Source of the DNA: Azospirillum sp.
Lineage (GTDB): Bacteria; Pseudomonadota; Alphaproteobacteria; Azospirillales; Azospirillaceae
NCBI GenBank assembly: GCA_016124535.1
Contig: WGNK01000003.1
Coordinates: 1-40,000 of the forward strand
Direction: 5' to 3'
Length of the DNA: 40,000 nt
The notes beneath the pieces are model-generated. The model had not been told where the DNA came from. It did no database searches and saw only the letters and a list, made by a program, of their open reading frames with translations. Both the position numbers and the translations under genes were made by a program. Shown here piece after piece: positions 17,624 to 27,400 of the stretch (positions within the stretch are counted from its first letter, which is position 1; every line of letters begins with the position of its first letter).

Positions 17624-17657
17624 GTCATACGATGGCGATCGTCATACGATGGCGATT
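17624..17657. repeat. 17-bp tandem duplication GTCATACGATGGCGAT(C/T) x2
   Basis: Read directly: 17624-17640 and 17641-17657 match at 16 of 17 positions. Lies just upstream of the minus-strand orphan ORF, at the edge of the low-GC non-coding stretch. Confidence 0.9.
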
Positions 17658-18039
17658 TTTGTCGCCTCGGTTCCCAGACAGGAAACCACTATGCGTTTCA
17701 ACGGATAAAGCATTGTTTACACGATTTCAAGCCCAATACCATGCTGCGTTGCAACCCTTAGCAGCGTCAGGAATGCTTCACGAAATTCCGAGGAAAACTT
17801 AACATTGGCGGGAAAGCGGCAGATTGACGCAGATCAAATATTGTTTCGCTCTCCTCAACGGCTGCTGCGGCTATGCCACAGTGCGCACGCAGATCTGCCA
17901 TGCTCGGCGCGCAACGAGCGTGCCTTCGCCACCGACCCGCCTGCCGAGGGCGCGCGGTTGCCGACGACGGCACTTTCGAACCGCCGGTCAAGGATGCTAA
18001 GCTGGGAGACAAGACGGCTTCGAAAATAATGGGTCAGTA

Positions 18040-18426
18040 ATGAGAGAGCTTCGATGCCTGGCATTCTCGGAGCCCGAGCTGATGAGCGCGATCATGCGGC
18101 ACCGGCAAAGGAGTAATGCTCCTTTACCAAGCGGAACCTGCCGAAAAATCAGCCATCAACTCGGTGAAGATATTTTGACCATCGTCGATATCGTCGGCGA
18201 TGACGGGACTTCGCATGCGGTCGAAATCGGCAGCGCCGAAATGGCGGCGGCCATGGTCAATTTTTGCATCGAACGGCGGACCCGGCTGCCCGCCAAATCG
18301 AAGAAGTGGCTCGAAGTCATCAATGACGCCCTGGCGCTGCTGATCGAAGTCGAGCAAACCGGCGAGGATACCCGCAAGCCCAGGCGGTTCGGTCGCCAGC
18401 CCACCGCCGCGGCCTCGGGGCGCTAG
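18040..18426 (+). CDS. Hypothetical protein (orphan, up to 128 aa)
   Basis: ORF with plausible codon bias. No clear SD at 18040; the alternative ATG at 18082 has GGAG 11 nt upstream. Ends 17 nt before the HMG-CoA lyase start. No recognisable family. Confidence 0.45.
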   Translation: MRELRCLAFSEPELMSAIMRHRQRSNAPLPSGTCRKISHQLGEDILTIVDIVGDDGTSHAVEIGSAEMAAAMVNFCIERRTRLPAKSKKWLEVINDALALLIEVEQTGEDTRKPRRFGRQPTAAASGR

Positions 18427-18443
18427 GGCCAGGAGACGCCGCC

Positions 18444-19346
18444 ATGCTGCCATCAGTGGTCACGGTCTACGAGGTCGGCCCGCGCGACGGCCTGCAGAAC
18501 GAGCGCCAGGTGGTGTCGCTCGCGGTCAAACAGGGCCTGATCGAGCGCTTGGTTGCCGCCGGCTTGCGCTGGATCGAGGCCGGCGCCTTCGTATCGCCCA
18601 AATGGGTTCCCCAGATGGCCGACAGCGGCGCGCTGCTCCCTCGCCTGCCGCACCCTCCGGGGGTGGTCTACCCGGTCCTGGTGCCCAACGCTAAAGGACT
18701 GGAGGCGGCGCTGGCCGCCGGCGCCGGGGCGGTCGCGGTGTTCGGCGCCGCGTCCGAGAGTTTCAGCCGGCGCAACATCAATTGCTCGATCGCGGCCAGT
18801 CTGGAGGGCTTTGCCCCGGTTCTTGCCGGCGCGCGCGCGCGCGGCGTTCCGGTTCGCGGTTATATCTCCTGCGTGGTCGGCTGCCCCTACGAAGGGGCCA
18901 TCGCGCCGGCCGCGGTCGCCGAGGTCGCGGCGGCCCTGACCAGGATGGGCTGCTACGAAATTTCCCTGGGCGATACCGTCGGGGTCGGCACGCCGGGCAA
19001 GGTCCTGGCGATGCTGGAGGCGGTCGCGGCCCGCGTGCCGGTGGACCGGCTGGCGGTCCATTTCCACGACACCTATGGCCAAGCCCTGGCCAATACCTAT
19101 GCCGCACTACAATTCGGTGTCCGGGTGGTCGATGCTGCGGTTGCGGGACTCGGCGGCTGCCCCTACGCCAAGGGCGCGTCGGGCAATGTGGCGACCGAGG
19201 ACGTGCTCTACCTGCTGAACGGGCTCGGCATCGAGACCGGTGTCGATCTGGATGGCGTGATCGAGGCCGGCCGCTTCATTTCAACGGCACTCGGCCGCCC
19301 GTCGGCCTCCAAGGTGGCCCTGGCACTGGCGCCGGGCGCCCATTGA
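18444..19346 (+). CDS. Hydroxymethylglutaryl-CoA lyase
   Basis: 300 aa. EVGPRDGLQNE, FVSPKWVPQMAD, HFHDTYGQALAN and GLGGCPYA are hallmark HMGL motifs. SD AGGAGA upstream. Confidence 0.92.
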   Translation: MLPSVVTVYEVGPRDGLQNERQVVSLAVKQGLIERLVAAGLRWIEAGAFVSPKWVPQMADSGALLPRLPHPPGVVYPVLVPNAKGLEAALAAGAGAVAVFGAASESFSRRNINCSIAASLEGFAPVLAGARARGVPVRGYISCVVGCPYEGAIAPAAVAEVAAALTRMGCYEISLGDTVGVGTPGKVLAMLEAVAARVPVDRLAVHFHDTYGQALANTYAALQFGVRVVDAAVAGLGGCPYAKGASGNVATEDVLYLLNGLGIETGVDLDGVIEAGRFISTALGRPSASKVALALAPGAH

Positions 19347-19463
19347 GGGCAGGAACCCGACCTCAACCGCAGCGCGGCAACGCCAAGGGCGTCGCCGGGG
19401 CGCTGCTGCCTGTGTTAGGGTCTGCGGGCCAGACGGGTGGCTGGATCGGGAGTTGAGGGGACC

Positions 19464-21614
19464 ATGTCGGACGAGAGCGCAGCGGTTGAACCGGCATCGA
19501 CGCCGGACGGCGAACTCGACGAGCTTCGGCGGCGGCTGGCCGAATCCGAAGCGGAGAAAGAGGTTCTCGAAATCCGTCTGAAAAAGGCCGCCGCCGAACA
19601 CAAGAGTTGGCTGAAGACCCTGGACCGGGAACTGACCCAGGCCCGCGAGACCATCACCGCCCAGGCCGACCGGATCGGCAACCTGGAAGGTTTGGAGGCG
19701 GATGCCACCCGGCGCCAGAAGGCAGGTATGGCAGCACTCGCCGAGCGCGCCGAGGAGATGGAGCAGCTCTGCGCGAATCTGGCCACGGCCGAGGCGGATT
19801 TGACCGCCGCCGTGGCCGCGCGCGAGAGCGCCGAGGACACCCTGCAGGCCTCCACCGCCGAATATGAAGCCCGGCTCTATGCGGTCGGCGAGGTGCTGAA
19901 GCGGGCCGGCGCCGAGATGGAGGCACAGCGGACCCGGTTGGCCGAGCGCGATGCCGATTTACAGACGGCCGCGACGCACGGACAGACGCTGCAGCAAGCA
20001 CTGGAGTCCCGCACCGCCGAGGTCGAGCGGCTGTCGGCGGAGGTGGCGGCAGCAACCGCGGCCAAGGCCGAATTCGAGCGTCGGCTCGGTGCTGCGACGG
20101 CAACCCTTGAGGCCAGGATCGCCGGCTTGACCGGCGAGTTGGGGGCGGCGCGCGCAGAAGGTGCCGACCAGTTGACACGGATCGGTGAACTGGAAAGCCG
20201 CTTGGACGCAAGCGAAGCGCGCGAGCGGGATCTGGCCGATGCGGTGTCCGAACGCGGCGCCGAATTGGCCTCGGCCACCGCGGCGTATCAGTCTCTGGAA
20301 ACCGCCAAATTCGAGCAGTCCGCCGGGGATCAGGCGCGCATCGACGATCTGGAACAGCACAGGCGTGCCGCCGAAATCCGCGAAACGGAGTTGCGGGCGG
20401 CCCTGGTCGAGCGCGCTGCCGAACTGAGCGCGGCGGTCGCGGCACATCAGGCGCTGGAGAGTGCCGCGTCCGGGCAGGCGGAATCGGATCGGACCCGGAT
20501 CGGCGACCTGGAACAGCTTCTGGCTGCCAGCGAAACGCGCGAGCAGTATCTCCAGGCGGCGCTGGCCGAACGCGGCGCCGAACTGGCCGCGGCGGTCGCG
20601 GCACATCAGGCGCTGGAGGCCGATTCGGCCAACCGGGCGGCCTCGTACCAGGCGCGAATCGGCGATTTGGAGAATCTGCTGAACGACGCCGAAGTGCGGG
20701 AGCGGGATCTGGCGACGGCGGTGGCGGAACGTGGTGCCGGATTGGCCGCGGCCGCCGCGGCGTATCAGACGCTGGAGTCCGTGACGTCCGGGCAGGCGGC
20801 ATCGGATCGGGCGCGGATCGACGGGCTAGAGCAGCAAATCCTTGCCGGAGAAGCGCGCGAACGGGATTTGGGCAGCGCCTTGGCCGCGCGCGACGCCGAA
20901 CTGGCGGCAGCGGTCGCGGCCCGGCAGGCGCAGGAATTCGCCGCGTCGGAGCAGGCGGCTTCGGCTCGGACGCGAATTGACGGGTTAGAGCAGCAAATCC
21001 TTGCCGGCGAGGCCCGCGAGCGGGATCTGGGCAGGACCCTGGCCGAACGTGGCGCCGAACTGGTGAGCGCCGCCGCGGCGCACCAGGCGCTGCAATTGGC
21101 CTCGGCCGAACAGGCCGCCGAATCTCAGACCCGGATCGGCGAGTTGGAGAAGGCGCTGGAGCAGGCGCGCAGCGCCATTGCCGCCTTGTCCGATCGCCTG
21201 TCCCAGCTTGAACAGCGCAGCGCCGCCGAATTGGCCGAGGCCCGGGTTGCCCACGAAACCCTGGAAGGGGAACTGAAGGGAATCGCCGGGGATTTCGATA
21301 CCCATCTGGTCTCGGTCGGCGAGCTGCTCGATCAGGCCTGGCAGGATGTCAATGCCCGTCATGCCCGGATCGTCGAGCTCGAGACCGCACTGGCGGCTGC
21401 CGGCACGCGAGGCAGCGGGCTGGAGGCCGCAGTGGCGGAGAGCGAGGCCTATATCGGCCAGCTGGTCGAGGAACTCGAACGCCGCGGCCCTTCGGGCAGC
21501 CCGCGCGCGGTCGGCACGGCGTTCCGCGATATGGTGCGCCACGCCCATGCCGTCCGTCTGGAGCGCCTCGCCGCCACCGAACCGTGGCGCCTGCCCCACG
21601 ATTACCCGCGTTGA
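19464..21614 (+). CDS. Ala/Glu/Arg/Leu-rich coiled-coil protein containing six tandem 53-aa repeats; function unknown
   Basis: ORF 19437..21614 (GTG). I prefer the ATG at 19464 with GAGG 5 nt upstream. Almost entirely helical/coiled-coil-type composition, with no enzymatic or TM motif seen. Confidence 0.8.
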   Translation: MSDESAAVEPASTPDGELDELRRRLAESEAEKEVLEIRLKKAAAEHKSWLKTLDRELTQARETITAQADRIGNLEGLEADATRRQKAGMAALAERAEEMEQLCANLATAEADLTAAVAARESAEDTLQASTAEYEARLYAVGEVLKRAGAEMEAQRTRLAERDADLQTAATHGQTLQQALESRTAEVERLSAEVAAATAAKAEFERRLGAATATLEARIAGLTGELGAARAEGADQLTRIGELESRLDASEARERDLADAVSERGAELASATAAYQSLETAKFEQSAGDQARIDDLEQHRRAAEIRETELRAALVERAAELSAAVAAHQALESAASGQAESDRTRIGDLEQLLAASETREQYLQAALAERGAELAAAVAAHQALEADSANRAASYQARIGDLENLLNDAEVRERDLATAVAERGAGLAAAAAAYQTLESVTSGQAASDRARIDGLEQQILAGEARERDLGSALAARDAELAAAVAARQAQEFAASEQAASARTRIDGLEQQILAGEARERDLGRTLAERGAELVSAAAAHQALQLASAEQAAESQTRIGELEKALEQARSAIAALSDRLSQLEQRSAAELAEARVAHETLEGELKGIAGDFDTHLVSVGELLDQAWQDVNARHARIVELETALAAAGTRGSGLEAAVAESEAYIGQLVEELERRGPSGSPRAVGTAFRDMVRHAHAVRLERLAATEPWRLPHDYPR
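20178..21131 (+). repeat. Six in-frame tandem repeats of 159 bp (53 aa), consensus RI(G/D)(D/G/E)LE...(A/S)E.RE.(D/Y)L..A(L/V)AERGAEL(A/S)(A/S)A.AA(H/Y)Q(A/S/T)LE.......(A/S)...., plus a seventh partial unit
   Basis: Unit boundaries read from the translation: 20178, 20337, 20496, 20655, 20814, 20973. The next RIGELE begins at 21132. Units 5 and 6 share an identical 20-aa head, RIDGLEQQILAGEARERDLG. Confidence 0.9.
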
Positions 21615-21631
21615 GCGCCGGCTGGCGCTCA
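21612..21631. terminator. Perfect 8-bp inverted repeat TGAGCGCC-GGCT-GGCGCTCA between convergent genes; possible bidirectional terminator stem
   Basis: Both stop codons (TGA 21612-21614 on plus; TCA 21629-21631, which is TGA on minus) form the outer ends of the stem. No flanking U-tract. Confidence 0.4.
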
Positions 21632-22042
21632 GTCCCGTTCCAGCAGACCCTCGCCGGCCAGGGCCTCACAAAGATCGGCGACCCGGCCGATCTCCAGGTT
21701 CAATGCCTGGGCGATCTGGTCGGGATAGAGCGTACCGCCACGATTCTTCAAGAAAAAGGCGCGGATCTCCTGCCGGGCCTCGTCATCGGTCAGGCGGCGC
21801 TGGACCATCCGCGGCGGCACGGTCGCCAGCGGAGCGCTGGCGATGCCGGGGACCGGAGCTTGGGGCAATTCGCGCAGCGCCGTGGTCAGGGTCTCGACCG
21901 CACCGCGCAGGTCGCGAAGCTCGGCGGCAACCAAGGCAAGCGCCGCCACGGCATCCGGCATCGCCGCCGGCTTGGGGCGCGGCGGCTCGAACGGCAGCAC
22001 GGTAAAGGTTTCTTCCAAGGCTTCGGGCGAAGATTCGGGCAT
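21629..22042 (-). CDS. Hypothetical protein with C-terminal winged-helix-like segment (about 137 aa)
   Basis: ORF 21629..22183. I prefer the ATG at 22042 (MPESSPEAL...). The C-terminus IRAFFLKNRGGTLYPDQIAQALNLEIGRVADLCEALAGEGLLE resembles a wHTH. The N-terminus is Pro/Ala-rich. Confidence 0.5.
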   Translation of the reverse strand: MPESSPEALEETFTVLPFEPPRPKPAAMPDAVAALALVAAELRDLRGAVETLTTALRELPQAPVPGIASAPLATVPPRMVQRRLTDDEARQEIRAFFLKNRGGTLYPDQIAQALNLEIGRVADLCEALAGEGLLERD

Positions 22043-22203
22043 TGACTGGGTCCGTGATGGCAGATCGACGTGCCGCGCACGCCTGGGCGAACGCGCGACT
22101 CCGGACTGGCGGTCGCGGCGGCGACGCAGCACTATAGGGACCGCCGCCCCGAACCGCAAATCCGCTTGCCCCGCGCCCCGCACTACAGCCCCGGCGTCCT
22201 CCC

Positions 22204-24291
22204 TTGTCGCAACGACCCGCCTTGCTCTATCCGCTGTTCGCCCCCCTGGCCTCGATCAAGGGGCTGGGGCCGCGCTTGGCCAAATTGGCCGAGAAGCTGG
22301 TCGGTCCCCATGTCGTGGGGCTATTGTGGCACCTGCCCAGCGGCGTGATCGACCGCCGCTTCGCGCCCAAGATCGCCGAGGCGCCAAGCGGCCAGGTTGC
22401 GACTCTGACGGTGCGGGTGGATGGCCATGCCCCGCCGGTGCTGTCGGGACGCCCCTACAAGGTGCGCTGCACCGACGAGACCGGCGTGCTCGACCTGGTG
22501 TTTTTCCGGGTCAAGGGCGATTATCTGACCCGACTGCTGCCGATCGGCCAGACCGTGGTGGTCAGCGGCAAGGTGGAACACTTCCATGACCAGCCCCAGA
22601 TCAGCCATCCCGACCATATCGGCCCCGCCGAGGCGCGTGGCGACCTGGAAACCGTCGAGCCGGTCTACCCACTGACCGCCGGCCTGCCGCCCAAGACCCT
22701 GCGCCGGGCGATCCGCAGCGCGCTCGACCTCGCGCCGGAGCTCCCTGAATGGCAAGACCCGGCCTGGCTGGCCGCGCGACGCTGGCCTGCCTGGCGCGCC
22801 GCCCTGGAGACGGTCCATGCACCGGAAGACGACACGATGCTGGGACCGGCGACGCCGGAACGCCAGCGCCTGGCGTTCGACGAGTTGCTGGCCAACCAGC
22901 TGGCCCTGGCTTTGGTTCGCCAGCACCAGCGCCGCCTTGCCGGCCGGGCCCTGGCCGGTGACGGACGGTTGCGCCGGCCGGTGCGGGCGGCGCTGCCCTT
23001 CGCCCTGACCGCGGCCCAGGAACAGGCCCTGCGCGAGATCAACGCCGACATGGCCGAGCCGCGGCGGATGCTGCGCCTGCTCCAGGGCGATGTCGGCAGC
23101 GGCAAGACCGTTGTTGCTCTGCTGGCGATGCTCAGCGCGATCGAGGCCGGGACCCAGGCAGCACTGATGGCGCCGACCGAAATCCTGGCGCGCCAACACC
23201 TGGAGACCCTGTCGTCGCTGGCTGCCCCGGCGGGCTTGCGCATCGCCTTGCTGACCGGACGCGATAAGGGTAAGGGGCGGACCGAGACTCTGGCGCGCCT
23301 GGCGGCGGGCGAGATCGACCTGCTGGTCGGCACCCATGCAATTTTCCAGGAGGAGGTGGCGTTTCGCGACCTCGGGCTGGCGGTCATCGACGAGCAGCAC
23401 CGCTTCGGCGTCCACCAGCGCCTGCTGCTCTCGGCCAAGGGGCGGGCGACCGACGTCCTGGTGATGACCGCGACGCCGATCCCGCGGACGCTCACGCTCA
23501 CCGCCTATGGCGACATGGAAGTCTCCCGCCTGACCGAACGCCCGCCCGGCCGGAAGCCGGTCGATACCCGCACCATTGCGCTGGATCGCCTGGACGAGGT
23601 GATCGGCGGGGTGGCGCGCAAGATCGCCGAGGGTGCCAGGGTCTATTGGGTCTGTCCGCTGGTCGAGGAGTCCGAAGTGGTCGACCTTGCCGCCGCGACC
23701 GAGCGCCAGGCCCTGCTCAAGGCGCGCTTGGGCGAGCGGGTCGGGTTGATCCACGGCCGCATGAAGGGCGCGGACAAGGACCGGGTGATGGCGGCGTTCG
23801 CCGAGGGCGGGCTGGATGTCCTGGTCGCGACCACGGTGATCGAGGTCGGCGTCCATGTCCCGGCGGCCAGCGTCATGGTGGTCGAGCATGCCGAGCGCTT
23901 CGGCCTCGCCCAACTCCACCAGCTGCGCGGCCGGATCGGCCGTGGCGCCGCTGCCTCGACCTGCCTGCTGCTCTATGAGGGACCGCTGGGCGAGGTGGCA
24001 CGGTCGCGCTTGCGAATTTTGCGCGATACCGAGGATGGATTCTTGATCGCCGAGGAGGATCTGCGGTTGCGGGGGGCCGGCGAGGTGCTGGGCACCAGGC
24101 AGAGCGGCTTGCCCGGCTTCCGCCTCGCCGACCTTGCCGAGCATGCCGAATTGCTGGAAGCCGCCCGCGACGATGCCCGCCTGATCACCGAACGCGACCC
24201 CGACCTCAAGACCGACCGCGGCCAGGCGCTGCGGAGCCTGCTTTACCTGTTCGAACGCGACGCCGCGGTCCGCTACCTGCGCAGCGGCTGA
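22204..24291 (+). CDS. recG: ATP-dependent DNA helicase RecG
   Basis: 695 aa with a TTG start. IKGLGPRLA, the wedge/OB region, Walker A GDVGSGKT, DEQHRFG, and the C-terminal GTRQSG..F.LAD motif. Confidence 0.95.
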   Translation: MSQRPALLYPLFAPLASIKGLGPRLAKLAEKLVGPHVVGLLWHLPSGVIDRRFAPKIAEAPSGQVATLTVRVDGHAPPVLSGRPYKVRCTDETGVLDLVFFRVKGDYLTRLLPIGQTVVVSGKVEHFHDQPQISHPDHIGPAEARGDLETVEPVYPLTAGLPPKTLRRAIRSALDLAPELPEWQDPAWLAARRWPAWRAALETVHAPEDDTMLGPATPERQRLAFDELLANQLALALVRQHQRRLAGRALAGDGRLRRPVRAALPFALTAAQEQALREINADMAEPRRMLRLLQGDVGSGKTVVALLAMLSAIEAGTQAALMAPTEILARQHLETLSSLAAPAGLRIALLTGRDKGKGRTETLARLAAGEIDLLVGTHAIFQEEVAFRDLGLAVIDEQHRFGVHQRLLLSAKGRATDVLVMTATPIPRTLTLTAYGDMEVSRLTERPPGRKPVDTRTIALDRLDEVIGGVARKIAEGARVYWVCPLVEESEVVDLAAATERQALLKARLGERVGLIHGRMKGADKDRVMAAFAEGGLDVLVATTVIEVGVHVPAASVMVVEHAERFGLAQLHQLRGRIGRGAAASTCLLLYEGPLGEVARSRLRILRDTEDGFLIAEEDLRLRGAGEVLGTRQSGLPGFRLADLAEHAELLEAARDDARLITERDPDLKTDRGQALRSLLYLFERDAAVRYLRSG

Positions 24292-24428
24292 CAGTCATCG
24301 GCTCGGCCAGACCCCGGACCGCTCGGAGGGCAGGGCTTCGCTGCGGGCTGGTTGATGCCGCGCCATTTCGTGTAACCTCGCCCCAATCTCGGGATTGTCC
24401 GCGGTGATCACAAAGGTATCGGCGCGCC

Positions 24429-27400
24429 ATGACCACCCAGGAAGAACCGGCCACGGCGTCGCCGGTGGCGGATCAGCACCGCGAAGGCGATGGCTTTCCG
24501 GTCGTCTGCCTTGGGGCATCGGCAGGGGGGCTGGAAGCCTTTCGGCAGTTCTTCGGTGCCATGCCGCCGGGCAACGGCATGGCCTTTGTTCTGATTCAGC
24601 ATCTCGATCCCCACCATAACAGCATGATGGCGGAACTGCTGGCCGGCAGCACCGCCATGCCGGTAGCGCAGGCCGTGGACGGCATGGCGCTGTCGCCGGG
24701 GCATCTCTACGTCATCCCACCAGGCGTGTATCTCTCGATTCGCGATCACGGCAAATTGCGGCTGTCAGAGCCGCACGACCCGCATGGCGCACGCATGCCG
24801 CTCGACCACTTCCTGCGCTCGCTCGCTTCGGAATGCCGCGAGCGCGCGGTCTGCTGCATCCTGTCGGGCACCGGCGGCGACGGCAGCCTCGGGTTGAAGG
24901 CGGTCAAGGAGCGGGGCGGACTGGTGATCGCCCAGGACCCCGACGAAGCAACCTTCAACGGGATGCCCCGCAGCGCCATGATGACCGGTTGCGTCGATCT
25001 GGTGTTGCCGGTGGCGCAGATGCCGATGGCCTTGGTCAGCTACAGCCGGCAAGGCTACCTGCGCTCCGCCGCCGGCGAAACGCCCGCGATCAGGGACACG
25101 CCGGGCGCCGAGCCCCCGGCGGCCGGTGATCTGTCGGAGTTCGTCGCCCTGCTGCGCGAACGGACGGTGTTTGATTTCTCGCTCTACAAGCAAGGGACCT
25201 TGCGGCGGCGGATCGAACGCCGGATGGCGATGGTGGCCTCACCCGATAGCCACTCTTATCTGGAGGTGCTGCGCCAGAATGATGCCGAAGTGCAGCTGCT
25301 GGCCAAGGATCTGCTGATCAACGTCACCCATTTCTTCCGCGATCCCGCAACCTTCGCCGTGCTGGAGCAGACCGTCATCCCGCAGCTGGTTCAGCGTGCC
25401 GCGCCCGGCCAGTCACTGCGGGTGTGGGTTCCCGGCTGCAGCACCGGCGAGGAAGCCTATTCGATCGCGATCTTGTATCTGGAGGCGATCGCCGCCGCCA
25501 GAAAAGCGGTCAAGCTGCAGATCCTGGCCTCGGACATCGACGCCGAGGCGATCGCAGTCGGCCGCGACGGGCTCTATCCGGAGGCGATCGCGGCGGATGT
25601 CTCGCCGGCCCGGCTGGCGCGCCATTTCGTCAAGGAGGATCACTGCTACCGGGTGCTGCCCGAGTTGCGTGGGCTGGTCGTGTTCACGGTGCATGATCTT
25701 CTGACCGACCCGCCGTTTTCCCGCATGGATCTTGTGTCGTGCCGCAACGTCTTGATCTATCTTGGCGCCGAGGCGCAGAAAAAAATCCTGCTGCTGTTCC
25801 ATTTCGCCCTGCGCGAAAGCGGATTTCTGCTGCTCGGCAGCTCGGAGACGGTCGGCAACCTGGAAGATCGCTTCCAGGCGATCGATAAGAAGCAGCGCAT
25901 CTACCGCCAGATCGGCCATTGCCGCGCGGCCGAGGTCGATTTCCCGCTCGGCTTCGGCGAAGCCTCGCGCGGTTTAACCCTGTTCTCCAGATTGCCGCCG
26001 ACCGCCAAGCCGACCAGCCCTGGCGAGATTGCCCGGCGCGTGCTGCTGGCTAGCTATGCTCCCGCCTCCGTGCTGATTACCCGCAATTTCGAATGCGTCT
26101 ACTATCTGGGCGCGACCGACCGCTACCTGCGGGTCGCCGAGGGCGAGCCCAGCCGGGATCTCCTGGCGATGGTCCGCGACGGGCTGCGGGCCAAACTGCG
26201 TGCCGCGGTCCAGCGTGCGGCCGAAGGGCCAGCTCGGGTCGATATCGCCAATGTTCCGGTCCGCCACGCCGATGGCGCCGTTGCGGTGACGATCAGCGTG
26301 CAGCCGATCCAGGCCGAGGGTGCGGAGCTGTTTCTGGTCAGCTTCATCGACGAAGCGGTGCCCGAGACGAGGCCTCCGGTCAAGGATCCCAGCCGGGGTC
26401 GGAGCAGCCGCCCGACAGCCCAAGGCTCTGCCGGCGATGGCGACCGCGTGGCCGAACTGGAACGGGACCTGGAAGTGACCCGAGTGGCGTTGAAGGACGC
26501 GGCGCGCAGCCTGGAGATCGCCAACGAGGAGCAGCGAGCCTTCAGCGAGGAGGCGATGTCGGTCAACGAGGAATTCCAATCGACCAATGAGGAATTGGAA
26601 ACATCCAAGGAGGAGTTGCAATCACTCAATGAAGAACTGACCGCGCTGAACAGCCAGCTTCAGGAAATGGTCGAACAGCAACGTGCCACCGCCAACGATC
26701 TGCAGAACGTGCTCAACAGCTCCGACGTTGCCACCGTGTTTCTGGATAATCAGCTTAATATTCGCTTCTTTACACCGGCGGCGAAGGCTTTGTTCGGCAT
26801 CATTGCCACCGATATCGGGCGGCCGCTTTCCGATCTCGCGCGCCGTTTCGATGATCCCCTGCTGCTCGACGATGCCGGCGCGGTTCGATCCAACCTGGTG
26901 CCGCGGTGCCGCGACGTCCGCACCGAGGCCGGGGCCTGGTATATCCGACGCGTCCTGCCCTACCGCACCGACGACAACCGGATTCAGGGCGTCGTCATGA
27001 CGTTCGCCGACATCTCGGTGATCAAGGCGGCGCAGCAGGAGGCCGACCGGGAACGGGCCTGTTCTGGCCGCATCATCGATACCGTCCGCCAGCCGCTGGT
27101 GGTGCTCGACCGGGAACTGCGGGTGGTCTCGGCCAGCATGGCATTCTATCGCTTTTTTCACTGCGAGGCGGCGGGGACGGTCGGCCGCCGGCTGGACTTG
27201 CTGGTGCAGGCGCCGAAGAACGCCGCGGTGCTCGCCGGCTTTCTCGACAAGATCGCCAGCGGTGCCGGGGTGGTCGAGGATGTCCATGTCGAAGTCGTGG
27301 TGCCGCAGCGCGGGCCCCGCCGGCTGATCCTGACCGGCCGGGAAATCCTCGACGAGCCCGGCGGCCAGCGAAAATATCTGCTGGCTATCGACGATACAAC

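Noticed and set aside
17767-18029. ORFs 17767..18012 (-) 81 aa and 17805..18029 (+) 74 aa inside the low-GC spacer
   Set aside because: They are mutually overlapping, have no SD, are Arg/Ser-rich, and have no recognisable family. There is not enough evidence to call either as a CDS. The region is left as unassigned non-coding.
17960-18030. tRNA-like TTCGAA motifs (about 17966, 18021 and 32546)
   Set aside because: There is no flanking acceptor, D or anticodon stem complementarity and no GGTTCGAATCC-type T-loop context. No tRNA can be supported anywhere in the window.
17268-18443. Low-GC islets (17268-18443 and 29220-30035) as mobile genetic elements or integration scars
   Set aside because: There is no integrase, transposase or recombinase gene, no terminal inverted or flanking direct repeats, and no adjacent tRNA. 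Only the compositional deviation is observed, so the mobile-element label is not justified.
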